Shown here: piece by piece, positions 9,320-18,344 of the stretch | Layout: each line of letters starts with the position of its first letter | How positions within the stretch are numbered: the first letter of the stretch is position 1 | DNA from: Candidatus Enterousia sp. | GTDB lineage: Bacteria; Pseudomonadota; Alphaproteobacteria; Rs-D84 | Direction of reading: 5' to 3' | Assembly (NCBI GenBank): GCA_045612805.1 | Contig: JAZKZR010000007.1 | Coordinates: forward strand, 20,591 to 84,590 | Length of the DNA: 64,000 bases | Notes under the pieces: generated by a model | Told to the model about the DNA's origin: nothing | Seen by the model: only the letters and a program-made list of their open reading frames with translations | The model's database searches: none | Position numbers and translations under genes: made by a program

Positions 9320-12300
9320 ATGGCATATCCGAAGACCGAACCAAAGGCCGATTTTCCGAAACTGGAACATGAAATAATAGAGTTTTGGCGCGGGGACGAT
9401 ACCTTCCACAAAAGTTTGAACAAAACGAAACTTGGGCATCCGTTCACATTTTACGATGGGCCACCGTTTGGAAATGGATTGCCACATTGGGGGCACCTTG
9501 GTGTGTCGGCGGTCAAAGATATGGTTGCGCGCTTTCAAACTATGCACGGTCGGTACGTTGACCGGGTTCTTGGGTGGGATTGTCATGGCCTGCCGGCGGA
9601 GGCATCTGTTGAAAAAAAACAAGGCCGCACCGCCAAGGATATTGTTGGTTCTGACGGTATGGCGCATTTCTGTGATTTATGCCGTTCCGATGTAACAACA
9701 TATACCAACGAATGGTTGCGTTTCATTGAACGCGTTGGTCGTTGGGTTGATGGTGGCGATGAATATGGTTATCGCACAATGGATAAAAACTATATGGAAT
9801 CTGTGATTTGGGCATTAAAACAAATGTATGAACGTGGGTTGCTCTATAAAGATTTCAAAGTGAACCCGTTTGATTGGAAATTGGGAACGGTGCTTTCTAA
9901 TTCCGAAGCGTCAAGCGAATATCAAGACATCGTTGATGATACTGTGACGGTTTGGTTTGAACTCTCAAACGGCGACCGTGCGATTGCGTGGACAACAACA
10001 CCGTGGACACTGCCGGCGAATTCGGCGTTGGCGGTAAATAACAATATGAAATATGTTCGTATGCGTCACGATGACGGCCATGTTTATGTTCTGGCGGAAT
10101 CGCGACTTTCGGCATATGACAAGATTTTTGCAAACTCCGAAAACCTGGGGACGGTTATGGGGGCCGACTTGGTCGGTTTGCATTATAAACCGATTTTCCC
10201 ATATTATACCGATTTGGCAAAGGATGGTCACGGGCTATATACGGTGATTTCCGGCGACTACGTGTCGGACAGTGACGGAACCGGCATCGTTCATATCGCG
10301 CCGGCGTATGGTGAAGACGACTATATCGTGGCCAAGGCGATTGACCCGCAATTCCCGGTTATATTAAATGTTGACGATTACGGCAACTTTGATAACACGG
10401 TCACCGAATGGGCGGGCGAAAACATATTTGTTGCCAATCCAAAGATTATTGATTGGTTGCGGGCAAATGGAATCTTGGTCAAAAAAGACCAGCACCGGCA
10501 CAGTTATCCGTTCGGCCCACGCAGCAAGGAAAAACTTATCTATCGTGCGACCGATGCTTGGTATATCGATGTTCCGAAAATTCGCGAATGCCTTGTTGAA
10601 ATAACCAAAAACGACACAACATGGACATCGGCGGGCAATCGGTTCTTGTCCTGGATTGAAAATGTGCGCCCGTGGGGAATTTCGCGCAACCGTTTCTGGG
10701 GGGTGCCATTACCGATTTGGGAACGGAACGGCGAATATAAAATCTTTGGTTCAATCGCGGAACTCGAAGAATTCTTTGGTGTAAAGATTGACGATTTACA
10801 TCGTCCGACATTGGATGCACTAACGCGTGACGGTTGGAAACGCATACCCGATGTTTTGGATTGTTGGTTTGAATCGGGTTCAATGCCGTTTGCGGCCCTG
10901 CACTATCCGTTTGAAAACAAAGATACATTTGAAAAAACTTTTCCGGCGGATTATATCATCGAAGGTCAAGACCAAACACGTGGATGGTTTTATTCTCTAA
11001 TGGTAATAGCGGTCGCGCTGTTTGATAAACCGGCGTTCCGTGTTGTTTCGGCAAATGGTATGGTTGTTGATGAAAACAAAAGAAAGTTTTCAAAATCGCT
11101 TCATAACTTTGTTGACCCATCGGAACAACTTGAAACATATGGTGCGGATGCGGTTAGACTTTATATTTTAGGCAGTAATTTTATGAAGGCCGAACCTGTT
11201 CCCGTTGATAAAGAAGGCAAGGTTTTTGCCGAACCGATAAAGACGATTTTAACTCCGCTTTGGAACGCATATCATTTCTTTACATTATATGCGAATGCTG
11301 GAAACATAACGGCACACGATGTATCGGGGACAAATGCACGAAATGTTTTGGATAAATATATTTTGTCGGAAACAGGCGTTTTGGTTGATACGGTTGGCAA
11401 TGCACTAAACGAATATAAACCGGACACGGCGGTCAAAGAATTTGTGCGATTCCTGGATATCCTGAACAATTGGTATATCCGTCGTTCGCGCACGCGTTTT
11501 TGGGACGAAGATACAACCGCGTTTAATACGCTCTATACGGTGCTTTGTACCGTATGCCGCTGTTTGGCACCGCTTGCGCCGTTTGTGTCCGAATACATCT
11601 ATAAAAATTTAACGGGTGCGGAATCGGTGCATTTGACTGATTGGCCGGTGGCAAACGCGGTTGATATGAAAATCGTCGACGATATGCGCCGTGTCCAAGA
11701 AATCGTGTCTGTTGGAAAGCAATTGCGTGAACAATACAAATTGCGTAATCGTTTGCCACTGAACAAATTGACGGTTGCGGGTGGCACACCTATGACAGAA
11801 TACACGAATATCATCCGTGATGAATTAAATGTGAAATCTGTTGAATGGGTCGATAACACGGCAAAGGTCGCGGACAGTTTCATATATTTAATCACACCGA
11901 AAATCGGTGCGCGTTTGGGCGGTGCGTTGCGTGAAATTGCACCGGCCGTGAAACGGGGTGACTACGAATTGTCGGGCGATAAGTTGGTTGTCGGCGATTA
12001 TACACTGAACGCGGATGAATTCGAAAACCGTCTGAATATCCGCGATGGTGTGACGGGTATGCCGTTGCCGGATAATACCGCGGTTGTCATTTTGGACGCT
12101 GAATTAAATTCCGAATTGATTGCCGAAGGTTTGGCGAACGACGCGTTACGCTTTATCCAAGATACGCGCAAAGCGTTGGGTTTGGATGTGTCCGACCGAA
12201 TAAATCTTACCTATACGGCGGATTTGGCGTTGTCCGGCGCGTTGGAACAGCATAAAAAGATGATAATGTCGAACGCGCTTGTCCGTGAAATGTCGCCGGG

Positions 12301-12364
12301 TTCGGCCGAACACTTTACGGAAATCGAAGGGTATAACTTTGGAATCTCTATACAAAAGGCTTAA
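9320..12364 (+). CDS. ileS: Isoleucine--tRNA ligase, type 2 (long, archaeal/eukaryote-like form)
   Basis: FYDGPPFGNGLPHWGH, GWDCHGLP, AWTTTPWTLPAN, GTGIVHIAPAYGEDD, WGISRNRFWG, DCWFESGSMP, KFSKS, NWYIRRSR; no C-terminal zinc finger. Confidence 0.97.
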   Translation: MAYPKTEPKADFPKLEHEIIEFWRGDDTFHKSLNKTKLGHPFTFYDGPPFGNGLPHWGHLGVSAVKDMVARFQTMHGRYVDRVLGWDCHGLPAEASVEKKQGRTAKDIVGSDGMAHFCDLCRSDVTTYTNEWLRFIERVGRWVDGGDEYGYRTMDKNYMESVIWALKQMYERGLLYKDFKVNPFDWKLGTVLSNSEASSEYQDIVDDTVTVWFELSNGDRAIAWTTTPWTLPANSALAVNNNMKYVRMRHDDGHVYVLAESRLSAYDKIFANSENLGTVMGADLVGLHYKPIFPYYTDLAKDGHGLYTVISGDYVSDSDGTGIVHIAPAYGEDDYIVAKAIDPQFPVILNVDDYGNFDNTVTEWAGENIFVANPKIIDWLRANGILVKKDQHRHSYPFGPRSKEKLIYRATDAWYIDVPKIRECLVEITKNDTTWTSAGNRFLSWIENVRPWGISRNRFWGVPLPIWERNGEYKIFGSIAELEEFFGVKIDDLHRPTLDALTRDGWKRIPDVLDCWFESGSMPFAALHYPFENKDTFEKTFPADYIIEGQDQTRGWFYSLMVIAVALFDKPAFRVVSANGMVVDENKRKFSKSLHNFVDPSEQLETYGADAVRLYILGSNFMKAEPVPVDKEGKVFAEPIKTILTPLWNAYHFFTLYANAGNITAHDVSGTNARNVLDKYILSETGVLVDTVGNALNEYKPDTAVKEFVRFLDILNNWYIRRSRTRFWDEDTTAFNTLYTVLCTVCRCLAPLAPFVSEYIYKNLTGAESVHLTDWPVANAVDMKIVDDMRRVQEIVSVGKQLREQYKLRNRLPLNKLTVAGGTPMTEYTNIIRDELNVKSVEWVDNTAKVADSFIYLITPKIGARLGGALREIAPAVKRGDYELSGDKLVVGDYTLNADEFENRLNIRDGVTGMPLPDNTAVVILDAELNSELIAEGLANDALRFIQDTRKALGLDVSDRINLTYTADLALSGALEQHKKMIMSNALVREMSPGSAEHFTEIEGYNFGISIQKA

Positions 12365-12367
12365 AAA

Positions 12368-12829
12368 ATGAAAGAAAATAAATTTTTGTTTTATGGTTGT
12401 GTTGTTATAACATTTCTGTGTGCAATGTGGTTGTGTTTTCGTATGCCGGTTGACCTAGAAATTTCTTATGATGTCGAACCGGTGGAATTTTACGAATCAA
12501 ACGAATCAAATGAACGGGTGGATTCGGAAGATTTCTTTATCGATGTCCAATCTGATGATAATGTGACCGAAGAAAAGAAAAACGATGATAAAGAAATCGC
12601 ACACGGCAATTTTACTGGATGTTCTTCGCGTTTCAAATCAAAAATTTGGGCGCGCGATTTGGACGACGGGCAATCGGTTGACCGGTATTGGGGTACAAAC
12701 GAAATAATATGCGTGTGCGAAACTGGCGGCGAAAGATTCGAAAAAAAGATGGTGTATGAATATTCGTCCGCACCGGATGCAACCGAAACAAATTGCAATA
12801 AAAAATGTGCGGAAATCTGCGCCGAATAA
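12368..12829 (+). CDS. Hypothetical membrane-anchored protein with Cys-rich C-terminal domain
   Basis: N-terminal hydrophobic anchor, acidic linker, six Cys in the last 70 aa; tightly packed between ileS and nth. Confidence 0.7.
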   Translation: MKENKFLFYGCVVITFLCAMWLCFRMPVDLEISYDVEPVEFYESNESNERVDSEDFFIDVQSDDNVTEEKKNDDKEIAHGNFTGCSSRFKSKIWARDLDDGQSVDRYWGTNEIICVCETGGERFEKKMVYEYSSAPDATETNCNKKCAEICAE

Positions 12830-12830
12830 A

Positions 12831-13481
12831 ATGATAACACCGCGGGATTTTTTCGAAATTGTTCCAAAAAATCTGAATATGGAAATTCGTTCGGAATTGT
12901 ATTCGGTAAACGAATTTACATTTGCGGTTGCCGTAATTTTGTCGGCCCAGGCAACCGATAAAAAGGTGAACGAGGTCACACCCGCCCTATTCCGCGTGGC
13001 CCCAACACCGCAAAAAATGTTGGAATTGGGAATTGACGGTTTGAAAAAACATATCCGGGTTATTTCATTTTTTAATAACAAGGCAAAAAATATCATCGCA
13101 TTGGCCGAACGATTAAAAGAAATTCCAACGAACAAAGATAATTTTGTTTTTCCACAGAAATATCACGACCGTGCGGAACTTATAAAATTGCCAGGCATCG
13201 GGCAAAAAACCGCAAATGTTATCACAAATGTTTTATGGAATGCGCCAAATATCGGGGTTGATACGCATGTTTTCCGCCTTTCACACCGTTATGGTTGGGT
13301 GCCGAATTCTGCAAACACACCCGAAAAGGTTGAAGTTGAATTATTAAAGAAAATTCCAAAAAAATATCACGCGATAACCAATCATGTGATGGTACTGTTT
13401 GGGCGATATACCTGCACCGCCCTGCGCCCGAAATGTGCAACCTGTCCCCTTGCAAAAATCTGCGATTGTAAATTATTTTAA
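12831..13481 (+). CDS. nth: Endonuclease III
   Basis: AVILSAQATDKKVN, HhH LPGIGQKTANV, VDTHVFR, Fe-S motif C-x6-C-x2-C-x5-C. Confidence 0.96.
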   Translation: MITPRDFFEIVPKNLNMEIRSELYSVNEFTFAVAVILSAQATDKKVNEVTPALFRVAPTPQKMLELGIDGLKKHIRVISFFNNKAKNIIALAERLKEIPTNKDNFVFPQKYHDRAELIKLPGIGQKTANVITNVLWNAPNIGVDTHVFRLSHRYGWVPNSANTPEKVEVELLKKIPKKYHAITNHVMVLFGRYTCTALRPKCATCPLAKICDCKLF

Positions 13482-15113
13482 TTTACGAAGAACCACCATA
13501 ATTCCGGCAGGGGTCATACCGGGGATTTTTTGTAATTCTGCGATATTTGCCGGGCGAACGCGTTTCAATTTTTCGCAAAGTTCGCGGGTCAGCCCTGGCA
13601 TATTATCATAGTCAAAATCCGTCGGAATTTTTATTTCTTTGTCGCGCCGATACGATTCTATTTCCCGGTTGTTTCGCATAATATACCCGGCATAGAATTT
13701 ATCATTTTCGGAAATTTTCCCGGCTTTTTTATTCATTTTGTTCAAAAAAGCCGGCAATTCGATTAAACCCAAATCAACCCCAATTTGCCCAATTCGCGCA
13801 ATCGCATTATCCGCACGCAGGTTCAATCGATATTCCGCCCGTGATGTGAACATACGATACGGTTCGTCCACCCCCAGTGTTGTTATGTCGTCAATCATCA
13901 CGCCAATCATAGAATTTGTTCGGTCTAAATCCAATGTTGGCGCGGATAACGCAAACGCGGCGGCATTTGCGCCCGCAACCAAACCTTGGGCGGCGGCTTC
14001 TTCATACCCGGATGTGCCGTTTATTTGCCCGGCAAAGAAAAGCCCATCCCGTCCGCGCGCCATCAAATGTTTATCAATCGCGCGCGCATCAATCGCATCA
14101 TATTCAATCGCGTATCCATATCGTGCAAAGCGTGCATTTTCCAAACCCGGAATTGTGCGAATCCATTGGTCTTGGATATCGGCACCAAAACTTGTTGAAA
14201 TACCGTTCGGGTAAATTAAATCACTGGAAAGCCCTTCGGGTTCCAAGAAAACATGATGTGTTTCGTGGTCGGGAAAACGCATAACCTTGTCTTCGATTGA
14301 TGGGCAATACCGCGGGCCTATTCCGGTTATGTCGCCGTTATACATCGGCGCGTTTTTTATGTTTTGCCGAATAATTTCGTGTGTTTCGCCTGTGGTATGT
14401 GTGATATAGCATACCGCGTGATTGTTGTCCACATCGCACCCATCGGAAAACCAATCGTGTGGAGTGTCCGGCAATTGTTCTTCGCATACCGAAAAATCAA
14501 TAGAATCACGATAAATTCGTGCCGGCGTTCCGGTTTTTAGTCGAATTATATCAAACCCAAAATCGCGCAATACGCCGGAAATCACCGTATCGGGCGATTG
14601 GTGTTCGCCATTGTCCATAATTCGTCCGGACGGAATTTTTTCGCCGCCCATTGTGACAATCCCATGCAAAAAAGTCCCGGTTGTGAATACGACGGATTTC
14701 GCCGTATAGGCGCCGTTTATAATTTTGTTTTCTAAATCAATTGATTCAACTTTTTCAAATTGCACGGTTAAATTTTTTTGATTCTGTAAAATTTTCATAA
14801 CCGCGTTATGATAAAGTTCACGGTCAATCTGGGCGCGTAATGCCTGTGTCGCCGGGCCATGCGACGCATTAAGGGTTCGAAAATGAATTCCCGCCATATC
14901 TGCGGCGCGCGGCATAACACCACCAAGCGCGTCCATTTCCGCAACCATTTGCGATTTACCCGGCCCACCAATCGACGGGTTGCAAGACATCGCCCCCAAA
15001 TCAGATTCGCGCATTGTAATCAGCAGTGTCCTTGCACCGCGCCGCGCCGCGGCCGCCGCTGCTTCGGTTCCGGCGTGTCCACCACCAATAACAATGACAT
15101 CAAAATTTTGCAT
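13473..15113 (-). CDS. mnmG: tRNA uridine-5-carboxymethylaminomethyl synthesis enzyme MnmG (GidA)
   Basis: VIGGGHAGTEAA, MSCNPSIGG, RLKTGTPAR, GPRYCPSIEDK, AGQINGTSGYEEAAAQG, EPYRMFTSRAEYRL. Confidence 0.97.
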   Translation of the reverse strand: MQNFDVIVIGGGHAGTEAAAAAARRGARTLLITMRESDLGAMSCNPSIGGPGKSQMVAEMDALGGVMPRAADMAGIHFRTLNASHGPATQALRAQIDRELYHNAVMKILQNQKNLTVQFEKVESIDLENKIINGAYTAKSVVFTTGTFLHGIVTMGGEKIPSGRIMDNGEHQSPDTVISGVLRDFGFDIIRLKTGTPARIYRDSIDFSVCEEQLPDTPHDWFSDGCDVDNNHAVCYITHTTGETHEIIRQNIKNAPMYNGDITGIGPRYCPSIEDKVMRFPDHETHHVFLEPEGLSSDLIYPNGISTSFGADIQDQWIRTIPGLENARFARYGYAIEYDAIDARAIDKHLMARGRDGLFFAGQINGTSGYEEAAAQGLVAGANAAAFALSAPTLDLDRTNSMIGVMIDDITTLGVDEPYRMFTSRAEYRLNLRADNAIARIGQIGVDLGLIELPAFLNKMNKKAGKISENDKFYAGYIMRNNREIESYRRDKEIKIPTDFDYDNMPGLTRELCEKLKRVRPANIAELQKIPGMTPAGIMVVLRKLK

Positions 15114-15853
15114 TAAAACCGCCCAAGCCCGCCGTTTATATGTAATACTTGGCCATTGATATACGACGCTTCATCGGATGCCAAGAACACGCACGCATTT
15201 GCAATATCGTCCGGTTCGCCAAAACGCCCCGCCGGAATTTGCGCCAAATAATTCTTTTTTAATTCTTCGGATAAAACATCGGTCATTGGTGTTTTGATAA
15301 ATCCCGGCGCAATCGCGTTTGCGGTAATTCCGCGCGATGCAACTTCGGCCGCAATCGATTTTGTCATCGCAATCATGCCACCCTTGGATGCCGCATAGTT
15401 CGCCTGGCCCGCGCCACCGATAACACCGATAATTGACGCCATATTTATAATACGACCAAACCGTTGCTTCATCATCGGCATAATCGCCGCACGACACATT
15501 TTGAAACAAGACCGCAAATTCGTGTTTATAACATTATCAAACTGTTCGTCCGTCATACGCATAAGTAATGTATCCGCCGTGATTCCCGCGTTGTTGATAA
15601 GTATATCCACACGACCGCATTTTTCGATTGCGTCCATAACCAATTCAACCGCCGCGCCTTCGGCCGATAAATCCGCCGGAATTTTTACATAAGAATCATC
15701 GAATTCCGAATTTAGTTTTGCCGTGTTACGACCCGACACAACAACGGTCGCGCCGGCCTCTTTCATTTTGCGGGCAATCGCCCCGCCAATCCCACCGGTT
15801 GCGCCGGTTATTAAAACAACTTTATTTGTTAAATTGAACATTTTATCCCCCAT
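15113..15853 (-). CDS. fabG: 3-oxoacyl-ACP reductase FabG
   Basis: ITGATGGIG, NNAGIT, YAASK (YxxxK), IAPGFIKTPMT; near fabD. Confidence 0.95.
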   Translation of the reverse strand: MGDKMFNLTNKVVLITGATGGIGGAIARKMKEAGATVVVSGRNTAKLNSEFDDSYVKIPADLSAEGAAVELVMDAIEKCGRVDILINNAGITADTLLMRMTDEQFDNVINTNLRSCFKMCRAAIMPMMKQRFGRIINMASIIGVIGGAGQANYAASKGGMIAMTKSIAAEVASRGITANAIAPGFIKTPMTDVLSEELKKNYLAQIPAGRFGEPDDIANACVFLASDEASYINGQVLHINGGLGRF

Positions 15854-15875
15854 TTTTACCCTTGGTTACATCCTT

Positions 15876-16196
15876 TTAGTTAACCCGGTTTCTTTTTCTG
15901 CATTTTGAAAAATAGCGGGCAACGATATTGTTTATTGTTTTTGTTTGATTACTTGTTTGTTTCGGAATTTTTAATTGCACACCGCTGAAAGTCAACATTG
16001 CGTCCCGATTATATGTTGTAGATTGATTTAAAACATACTCTACCACATAGTGTATTGATATTCCTGGCGCTGCCTCAAATGCTAGGGTTTTTGAACACCA
16101 CTTACCATAGCAAACTATTGTATCGTTTTCATCACAATAAGCGGTCCATTTGTTGCTTGATGATGTTGAGAAGTCCCCATATATTAAACGTGGCAT
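15876..16196 (-). CDS. Hypothetical protein (106 aa) between fabD and fabG
   Basis: Start MPRLIYGD at 16196, 2 nt after the fabD stop; AT-rich; the ORF-track extension overlaps fabD. Confidence 0.7.
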   Translation of the reverse strand: MPRLIYGDFSTSSSNKWTAYCDENDTIVCYGKWCSKTLAFEAAPGISIHYVVEYVLNQSTTYNRDAMLTFSGVQLKIPKQTSNQTKTINNIVARYFSKCRKRNRVN

Positions 16197-16198
16197 AT

Positions 16199-17074
16199 TT
16201 ATACCTCTAACTTTTTGCCTTCCATTTCCGGACAGATGCGTTTGGTAAGGCCGGTCAGCACCGCGCCCGGGCCAACTTCGATTGTTTCCGTAATACCCAA
16301 ATCGTGCATGGCCAATACACTTTCGCGCCAACGAACGCCGTGCGTGATTTGATAGACCAAGGCATCGCGAATTTCGTCCGGTTCATTTATTGGCGTGCAT
16401 GTTTTATTCGAAATTAATGCCGCCACCGGTTTTTTTATTTCCGTACTCGCAAGTGCCGCACGCATTTCATCCGCCGCGGGTGATTGAATCCGACAATGCA
16501 CCGGCACCGACAGCGCAAGCGGCATCGCACGCTTTGCACCGGCGGTGCGCGCATCTTCCAATGTTTTTTCGACAATTTCTCTGCTACCTGAAATCACAAC
16601 CTGGCCCGGGGAATTATCGTTCGCAACATCGCAATCGTTTTTTGCACAAATGTCACGAACAACGTCAATATCAAGTCCCAAAATAACGGCGGTCATTCCC
16701 CGCCCCACCGGCACCGCGCGTTGCATCGCATCCCCGCGCAGGCGCAAAAGTTTTGCCGTGTCGGCCAATGACAACGCGCCCGCCGCACAAAGTGCGGTAT
16801 ATTCGCCCAACGAATGCCCCGCAACATATTGCGTAAGGGGTATATCCGCCGCACGCAACATTGCAATAGATGTGGCCATAATTGCCGGTTGCACATTGGT
16901 GGTCAATGTTAAATCCTCCATCGGGCCATTGAAAATAATATCGGACAGTTTTTGGTTTAACGCATCGTCAACTTCGTCAAAAACCGCACGCGCCGCCGCG
17001 TTATTTTCATACAGTTCGCGCCCCATACCAACACTTTGCGAACCTTGGCCCGGAAAAACAAGTATCGATGACAT
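16199..17074 (-). CDS. fabD: Malonyl-CoA:ACP transacylase FabD
   Basis: FPGQGSQ, GHSLGEY (GxSxG), ANDNSPGQVVISG, EVGPGAVLTGL. Confidence 0.96.
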   Translation of the reverse strand: MSSILVFPGQGSQSVGMGRELYENNAAARAVFDEVDDALNQKLSDIIFNGPMEDLTLTTNVQPAIMATSIAMLRAADIPLTQYVAGHSLGEYTALCAAGALSLADTAKLLRLRGDAMQRAVPVGRGMTAVILGLDIDVVRDICAKNDCDVANDNSPGQVVISGSREIVEKTLEDARTAGAKRAMPLALSVPVHCRIQSPAADEMRAALASTEIKKPVAALISNKTCTPINEPDEIRDALVYQITHGVRWRESVLAMHDLGITETIEVGPGAVLTGLTKRICPEMEGKKLEV

Positions 17075-17169
17075 ATCGTCACTCCTTTTTTCTGTGATTA
17101 TAGCAAGTAAATTTATGTATGCAAATTAAATAAAAAATGTTATAATTACGCAAAACAAAGGAGTAAAAA

Positions 17170-17319
17170 ATGGCACATAAAAGGTCACCAGGATTATTTT
17201 TTGAAAGCGACCGCTCGCAGGCTAGAATACTTGACCCTAAAAAAAACTATAGAGAAGGTGTAAAAAAAGTCGAACAAAAGAAAGTAAAAATTATAAAAAA
17301 ACAAGAAAAAACCCGATAA
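17170..17319 (+). CDS. Small basic protein, 49 aa (not in ORF track)
   Basis: AAGGAG RBS then MAHKRSPGLFFESDRSQARILDPKKNYREGVKKVEQKKVKIIKKQEKTR; fills the gap between fabD and queH. Confidence 0.6.
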   Translation: MAHKRSPGLFFESDRSQARILDPKKNYREGVKKVEQKKVKIIKKQEKTR

Positions 17320-17330
17320 AATTACTATTT

Positions 17331-17861
17331 TTATATTTTTCGAATACTAAATTCGCAACCGCAATAATTTTGACGGTAAAAGTCGGATTCGCGGTTGATT
17401 TTTTGCCGCAATTTTTCGTCCCATTTAATTGGCAAATATGTAATCTCGTCCAGTGTTGATTCTGCGGCGGTGTCAACCTGTGCTTGGTCTTTGTGGCGCG
17501 ACACACCAAACACAGACGCCACCGCATTATATCCGTTTTCGCGTGCAAACTTTTTCGCGGATTCAAAACGATAGGCAAAACAAACACTGCACCGTGCGCC
17601 GCGCTCTGGTTCGGCCTCTAACCCGCGGACCGCCGCACGCCACGCATCATGGTCGTATTCGCCAATCGCATATTTCACACCCAATTTTTCACAGTATTTA
17701 ACTTGCTCGTTCATGCGTTTTGTGTATTCGCTTTCGGGATAAATGTTTGGATTAAAAAACAGAACAACAAAATCATCCACGCCCGCAATTTCACCAGATG
17801 CCAATTGCTTTATCGCGCCCGCGCTGCACGGCGCACAACAAGACACAAGAACAAGTTTCAT
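17331..17861 (-). CDS. queH: Epoxyqueuosine reductase QueH (DUF208)
   Basis: CCAPCS, FFNPNIYP.SEY, RC..CF..R, YRQNYCGC. Confidence 0.9.
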   Translation of the reverse strand: MKLVLVSCCAPCSAGAIKQLASGEIAGVDDFVVLFFNPNIYPESEYTKRMNEQVKYCEKLGVKYAIGEYDHDAWRAAVRGLEAEPERGARCSVCFAYRFESAKKFARENGYNAVASVFGVSRHKDQAQVDTAAESTLDEITYLPIKWDEKLRQKINRESDFYRQNYCGCEFSIRKI

Positions 17862-17867
17862 TTGTTT

Positions 17868-18344
17868 TTATCGTACGTTTTCTGTTTTCTTATTGAACAA
17901 TTCAACCAAACCGACCGGCGGTGTACCTGTTTTAACCGGCCAAATTTGATTCAATGTTTTTCTTTCTACAAAAGTATCTGCATCAGTTAAATAATGCCAA
18001 CGAACAAAACAATGCCCGGGAACACCATCCAACATAACTGGTTTATTTTCTGTTTTTTTCAAATCAAAATTAAATGTCTTTTTATATTGGTCTTTCAAAA
18101 AGGCATCAATATCGTTCGGATAAATCAATTTATCGCCAACCAAAATTTTATATTTATCTGTCACCTTTTTATCAATAACGCGTTCTATTACAATTGTATA
18201 TGGTATATTCATATGTAAAGGATATTTGCGCGTATATTCCGCCAAATCTTCAATTGAATAAATTTGTTTAACCGGACCGTTATGACACTGTGTGCATGGC
18301 CCAGTAAGACGCAAATCAAAACTAACAACTTGTTCCAAATTCAT
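17868..18344 (-). CDS. Hypothetical protein, paralogue of the 18345..18944 ORF
   Basis: AT-rich ORF ending LNQIWPVKTGTPPVGLVELFNKKTENVR. Confidence 0.8.
   Translation of the reverse strand: MNLEQVVSFDLRLTGPCTQCHNGPVKQIYSIEDLAEYTRKYPLHMNIPYTIVIERVIDKKVTDKYKILVGDKLIYPNDIDAFLKDQYKKTFNFDLKKTENKPVMLDGVPGHCFVRWHYLTDADTFVERKTLNQIWPVKTGTPPVGLVELFNKKTENVR

Noticed and set aside
9114-9344. N-terminal extensions in the ORF track (also at mreD, nth, metG, the autotransporter, mreB, the TPR gene, truB, dnaX and the pilin)
   Set aside because: They overlap neighbouring genes or leaders; downstream ATGs with RBS and family-typical N-termini fit better
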